A model generated the notes under the pieces. It worked only from the letters and a program-made list of their open reading frames with translations. It was not told the DNA's origin and ran no database searches. From Calcarisporiella thermophila CBS 279.70 (taxonomy: Eukaryota > Fungi > Calcarisporiellomycota), in the NCBI RefSeq assembly GCF_041956535.1, contig NW_027192209.1:12092-76091 (forward strand): DNA of 64,000 bases, written 5' to 3'. Of this stretch, positions 58,880 through 64,000 are shown one piece after another (position 1 is the first letter of the stretch; each line of letters begins with the position of its first letter). A program made the translations under genes and the position numbers.

Positions 58880-61800
58880 ATGACAGACTATGAAGTAGGT
58901 TGAATTAGTCGAGGATTTTTCCTCCGCCGATGGACTGATATTCTTTGTTCCTATAATGATATTATTTGCCTTGTAGCACCTCGCCAATTGGGTCATCCCA
59001 AGCATGCTGGTTGTGCAGCTGAAACAAGCGCTCCGAGAGCTGAACAGTAAAATGTATGCACGCCAGACGATAACAGGCAACAAAGATCTGTTAATCAATC
59101 GGTTGAAGAGCTTCCTGAGTTCAAAAATAGGCGATCCGGCTCAGTACCACCAGTGCAAGAACATTATCATGGCGGCGGCCGGAGGGTATGTGGAATTTGG
59201 AAAATGTGAGGAAGAGAATAACATTGCTGATGCTTTTATTCCCTGCGACCCAGCTCATCCACAAGAGTGCCGGCAAATAGGGCCAACATGAACCACCCAT
59301 CTGCCGCTTCAACAGACACCAATAGACATCACCCGCACCCGCACTCACACCAGCACCCACACCAACACCACCATCATCAGAACCAGAGTCAACACCAACA
59401 CAAACATAATGCAATGCCAGCAGCGGGCTCTAATTGGTGTCACAAGATCAAATTTAAATCAAGCCCATTTTATGAAGTGGTAGAGCGCATCACGGCCCCA
59501 AAAGTTATTCCGGGTATTTATGAGATGCCTACTTCACACCCGTTATTTTCCCAGGGGGCAGCCGCTTTAACTCTCCTCTCCTTTTCGGTAGATATTGGAA
59601 ACAAGGGCTACCTGCAGTTTATACTCAATGCCGAGCAGATTGCAAAATTAAAGGAAAGAAGGTATGCCAATTCAATATTGTGTGCTGCAAGTATGGCCTT
59701 TTGACCTGCCCCTATGCTACTTTAATGTGAAATTAGCCCCGCTCCCACCCATAAGCTTCTTCTTTTCTCAGCTTCACATGCAAATGCCTTTAATAATCGC
59801 TCAGGCACCGAGGTCAATATCGAGTTTCCTGTATTTGGAGAAGTCCGTGTAAACGGAGTGAATATCAAGGCGGTGAGTGTACACAATTCATTTGGTGATA
59901 AATGCGGGTTCTACATGGTTATGCCGTGGATATGCTTTTACTATAGAACCTACGACCGTTAAAAAATGGAATACCGGCTCGACCTCCTGACCTGACAAAA
60001 TTCTGCCGAATGGACTCGGGTATAAACACCGTCGAAGTGGTAGACGCAGCTTTTCAGGTATGCAATGTCTTGTAGACTAAGGGGTTGACGCTTGCTAATG
60101 CCCAAGAGCACCTTCAGAAATTTGTCGTGACAGTACAGCTAGTGAGGACGATTTCGATTGACTCGATTCTCGACAAAATTAGAACATCAAGGATTATTAC
60201 AAAGGAAGAAGAGCTGAAGAAATGTGCGTGGTCAAAAATATCCGTGCCTTGCACCAGCTATTGAACAAGCGCTAACAACATTTACACCCATTTTTTTTTT
60301 CCTCCTCTTTAGTTCATAATCAGGCTGATGAAGACATTCTTACTTCGTCGACTGGCCTATCCCTCAAATGCCCCGTAAGTATTCCTTTTTTTTTCTAGTT
60401 GACCACCTCTTTTAACTTTTCAACTCTTCGTCTTGATTTTATAATCTAGCTCGGGCATACGCCAATCAAAATACCCCTCAAGTCATCGCACTGCCGACAT
60501 CTACAATGCTTCGATGGCTACAATTATCTCAGTATGAACGAGCATGTTCCTACTTGGAAATGTCCCGTGTGCAACTCCAATGTCTACATTGGAGACCTAG
60601 TCTATGATGGATACTTCGCCGATATCATCCACAATGTTCCCGACGGTACCGAGGGAGTTATTGTGGAAGCGGATGGACATTGGAGGCTAGAGAAACCCGA
60701 TAGTAGTTACGGTGGCAACGTGTCAGCAAAGAGAAAGCGTGATGACATGGAGATTATACTTCTGGATGACGAGGAGGAGAAAGAGGGGGGGAGAAACAAT
60801 CGGAACACGAGCCCTGGCGCTGGTAACACATCGACCACCCACATGAACTCCTCCAACATCCACAGTTCACCCAGTGTTAGGAAACGCGTGAAAACGGAGC
60901 AGACATCTCCGCAGCAATTACCCCAGCCACACTCGCGGCCGGATGAAAATGTCATCGACTTGACGCTCGACGATGACAACAGCAGTCATTATCTTACAGA
61001 AGAGGAGCCCGAGTTTAGGTATTGGGGAGCCGATAACGAAGATTCGGAAGAGAACTCTTTCACCTCACGCCCCGATGATCTCTTTGAAGAATACGACGCG
61101 GATAGTGACTACAGCAGAAGACACAGCATTTTTGCGCGGGTATTGGGCGGAGAAGATAGGGAGAGCAGTGAGGAGAGAATCGAAGGTGAAGATAGGGAGA
61201 GCAGTGAGGAGAGAATCGAAGGTGAAGATGCTGGGAGTGGCTGGATTCGGGACCGGCATTCAGGTCTCACCAATTTAGAGCAACGAACGTTGAGCGAGTT
61301 GATCTCCGGTTCGAACGAGTCCCCTAACCTACCGCCATCCCTCCCCTCCGCCGGGCAGTCCTTTAGCGCACCGAAATCACCGGCTATGGATCTCTCGAGG
61401 GATTCCACCACCTTCAGCTCCAATAGCTCGACCGCCTCTGCTCTGCCCACGGTGTCCGCGCCCATTTCCTCTGGCCCCTTATTCTCACTCTCTTCTGGAT
61501 CCTCCACAACACTCGGTGCTATGTCCACAAATGCGCCTCTATCTCAACTACCTTTTGCCCCGTCATCCCGCGGCTCTCCTACTCTCACATCTTCAACCAT
61601 TCCTAATGAGTCCTCTTTGCTCTCAAAACGTGCCGAGTTCTCTCCTACCACCCAGCCCACCATTACCACCACCACCACCACCCCACCCCCTACCTCTAAT
61701 ACCGAACTATTAAATGGGTACTCTTCCCTCCCTGGTGCCATGTATCATATGAATGGTAGCTCCTCCACCTCCGCCTCCAATCCGCAGGCGTCTCCGAACA

Positions 61801-62024
61801 CACCTCCCGCGTTAAACATGGTGGACGCGCTGACTCCCGATATCTCCTCTCTTGCGTCCACAAACGGGGACGCATCTCCCCCTGTTTTGGAATCAAGAAG
61901 AGACGAGATGCTGGCCGGACACCTTGCCGGTGCAACGGCTCTGGGGGCCGCCCCTGGAAGAAGAGAGAGGACGCTGGGACAGCCCCCCATACCGGATAGT
62001 CGTTTCGTCATGGAAAATAGATAA
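58880..62024 (+). CDS. SIZ1: SIZ/PIAS-type SUMO E3 ligase, paralog B
   Basis: SAP-like (VVQLKQAL..GNKDLLINRL), FKSSPFYEV, IEFP, SP-RING (SLKCP..CRHLQCFD..WKCPVC) and SIMs IILLDDEEE and VIDLTLDDD. Confidence 0.9.
61152..61229 (+). repeat. Exact 36-bp in-frame tandem duplication (EDRESSEERIEG x2)
   Basis: gaagatagggagagcagtgaggagagaatcgaaggt twice, followed by gaagat. Confidence 0.95.
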
Positions 62025-62340
62025 CCTTGGCTTTAGTCCAAAGTGATGCGATTCTTGGATTTATAACTTGCAGAGCCGACAGAATTCTTTTTTTTATTTT
62101 ATTACTTGTCGCACCTCAATGACACTCTATTCGTTAATTTCAGCTGTAATATATATATTCTTTCTTCTCTTCCGCTTCCTCCTCTTACCTCGTTAATTAG
62201 CTTCTAAACACACACCAGCCTAAATCAATTTGAATTTTTGTGTATTTCATCAAAATAAAAAAACGAACTCTAATTTGAAATTTTAGTCCTACAGCGTTTT
62301 TTATTCATTCATTTCGATTAATATAGAGCGACTGGATAGC

Positions 62341-63968
62341 ATGTCCACATCCACGGATTGGAACGCCATCCTCAATCAGCAATTCGGAACACCCGTCAAA
62401 TCGGAAGATGAGCTCGCGTCGGCTCTCGATCAACTCTCCATCGCCGCCCCAGAACCGCCCAAGCAGGAGCAGCAGTCACGAGAACAAGAGGAAGAGGAGC
62501 CAACGACCTATGTGGTTATGCAGCCAGGCTGCACGCGGCATCGGTTCATACGGAACATGAAGGAGCTCATATTTGTTGTGGAGCGTCCTGAGCGTGTGCG
62601 AGCGGTCCAGTGCGGAGTTGCGGCCGCAGTGGTACGTGTCGAAGAACACCATCAAACTGCAATAGGCATCCGACACTCCACGCGTCTCTTGCCCCTCGCC
62701 GATCCACTTTTAGCCAGAGTCCACTCATCGGCCCACCTGAAGAATGTCCAGGACTGGTCTGCCCAATCCATCGACGCGCTCTCAGAACGAGGATGTGAAC
62801 TGCCGCCCGAGTGCCCGACGGGCGATCTCTACGTGTGCCCGGACACGCGACACGCGATTGAGGCCGCGCTTGGTTGCGTGGCTGACGCCGTCGACACCGT
62901 GACACGCGGAGAAGGACGGCGTGCATTTGCAGTCCTGCGGCCGCCGGGGCATCACTGCGAACATGAGACCGCCATGGGCTTCTGTTTCGTCAACAACGTT
63001 ATGGCCGGTATCCACTATGCTCACGAACGGTACGGGGTCAATCGAGCGGTGATTTTTGACATAGATCTCCACCATGGAAATGGAACCCAGGTAAACCCCA
63101 AGGCTATATCGACATAGGCAGATTTCCTCCCTCTATAACACGCGGATTTCTCCTTTTTTTTTCCCCATCGCCCTAGGATATTGTTTGGAAATCTAACAAG
63201 ATACAGGCCAATCTACATGGAGACAAGGGCCTCAAGATATTTTACGGCTCGCTTCACGACATCCTGTCCTATCCCTGTGAGAGTGGTGATGACGAGTGCA
63301 TACAGGCCGCCAGCCTGTGCCTCATGTCGCACTCGCAATACATATGGAACGTCCATCTTGAGCCCTGGAAGTCCCTGGCCCATCATGACCAACTCTACAG
63401 TGAGCGATATGCCGTATTGTTTGAGAAGGCTCGCGAGTTCCTTGAGAAAACGCGCAATGGCACGGAGCGGGTGCTGGTATGGATCAGCTGTGGAATGGAC
63501 GCGTGTGAGCATGAGCATGAGTCCATGCAGCGCCACGGCCGGTCCGTTCCTACTGAGTTCTACCACCGCTTTGCACAAGATGCGGCCAAGCTGGCGCGCG
63601 AAGCCGGAGCTGGCCTGGTTTCCGTGTTAGAGGGTGGGTATAGAGATCGTGCCCTGGTGGCAGGCGCTCTAGCCCATGTGAGCGGTCTGGCCTTGTCGGG
63701 AAAGGATATGAAGAGGGAGGACGAGAGTGCGGTGAAGCAGTGGTGGGAATTGAAGGAGTTGGAGCAGATAGAAGCAACGCTGCTGAAAGGAGAGAAAATA
63801 AGCAGCGGGTTTTTGACGAGATGCGCTTGCATCCTTGGAGCGATCGAGGCGGAAAACACAAAGTATCTGGCGGCCAACTCGCTCCTTACCCCGACGCATT
63901 TGCCGGGACGGAATCGGCGCGTGAAGGATAAGGAGCCGGTGCGGCGCAGCCCAAGGGCCAGAGGATAG
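62341..63968 (+). CDS. HOS3: Histone deacetylase, Hos3 type
   Basis: VERPERVRA, GDLYVCP, RPPGHHC, GFCFVNNV, DIDLHHGNGTQ, SLHDILSYPCE, MQRHGRSVPTEFY and LEGGY. Confidence 0.92.
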
Positions 63969-64000
63969 AGCCAGCGCGGCAGTTCAAAGCTCAGGTGTCC

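Overview
Eukaryotic, gene-dense, intron-rich fungal DNA with short (~55-160 nt) GT-AG and occasional GC-AG introns. Gene content suggests an early-diverging fungus, probably Mucoromycota (inference). I can support about 24 spliced protein-coding genes, mostly housekeeping: poly-HAMP group III histidine kinase (runs off the left edge), Aurora kinase, PP1, an unknown membrane protein, REC-PDE, listerin, ERG8, DBP2, THR4, a SETMAR-like SET protein, Snapin, Num1/ApsA, ERG7, TVP38, SUV3, an ARO8/AADAT-type aminotransferase, NRAMP, an Xbp1-type APSES factor, class III ADH, RAD23, two tandem SIZ/PIAS SUMO ligases and HOS3. I saw no tRNA, rRNA, CRISPR array or intact transposon. Most notable observations: (1) an expanded, recently homogenised HAMP array with repeat-boundary introns and a single +1 frameshift; (2) a 762-nt DBP2 intron with several stem-loops; (3) an array of LC8-type motifs in the dynein anchor Num1; (4) a pseudo-receiver fused to a divergent PDE; (5) a stand-alone SETMAR-like methyltransferase; (6) a possible decayed kinase relic. 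Gene boundaries were spliced by eye, so start codons are best estimates. I found no clearly new multi-gene system.
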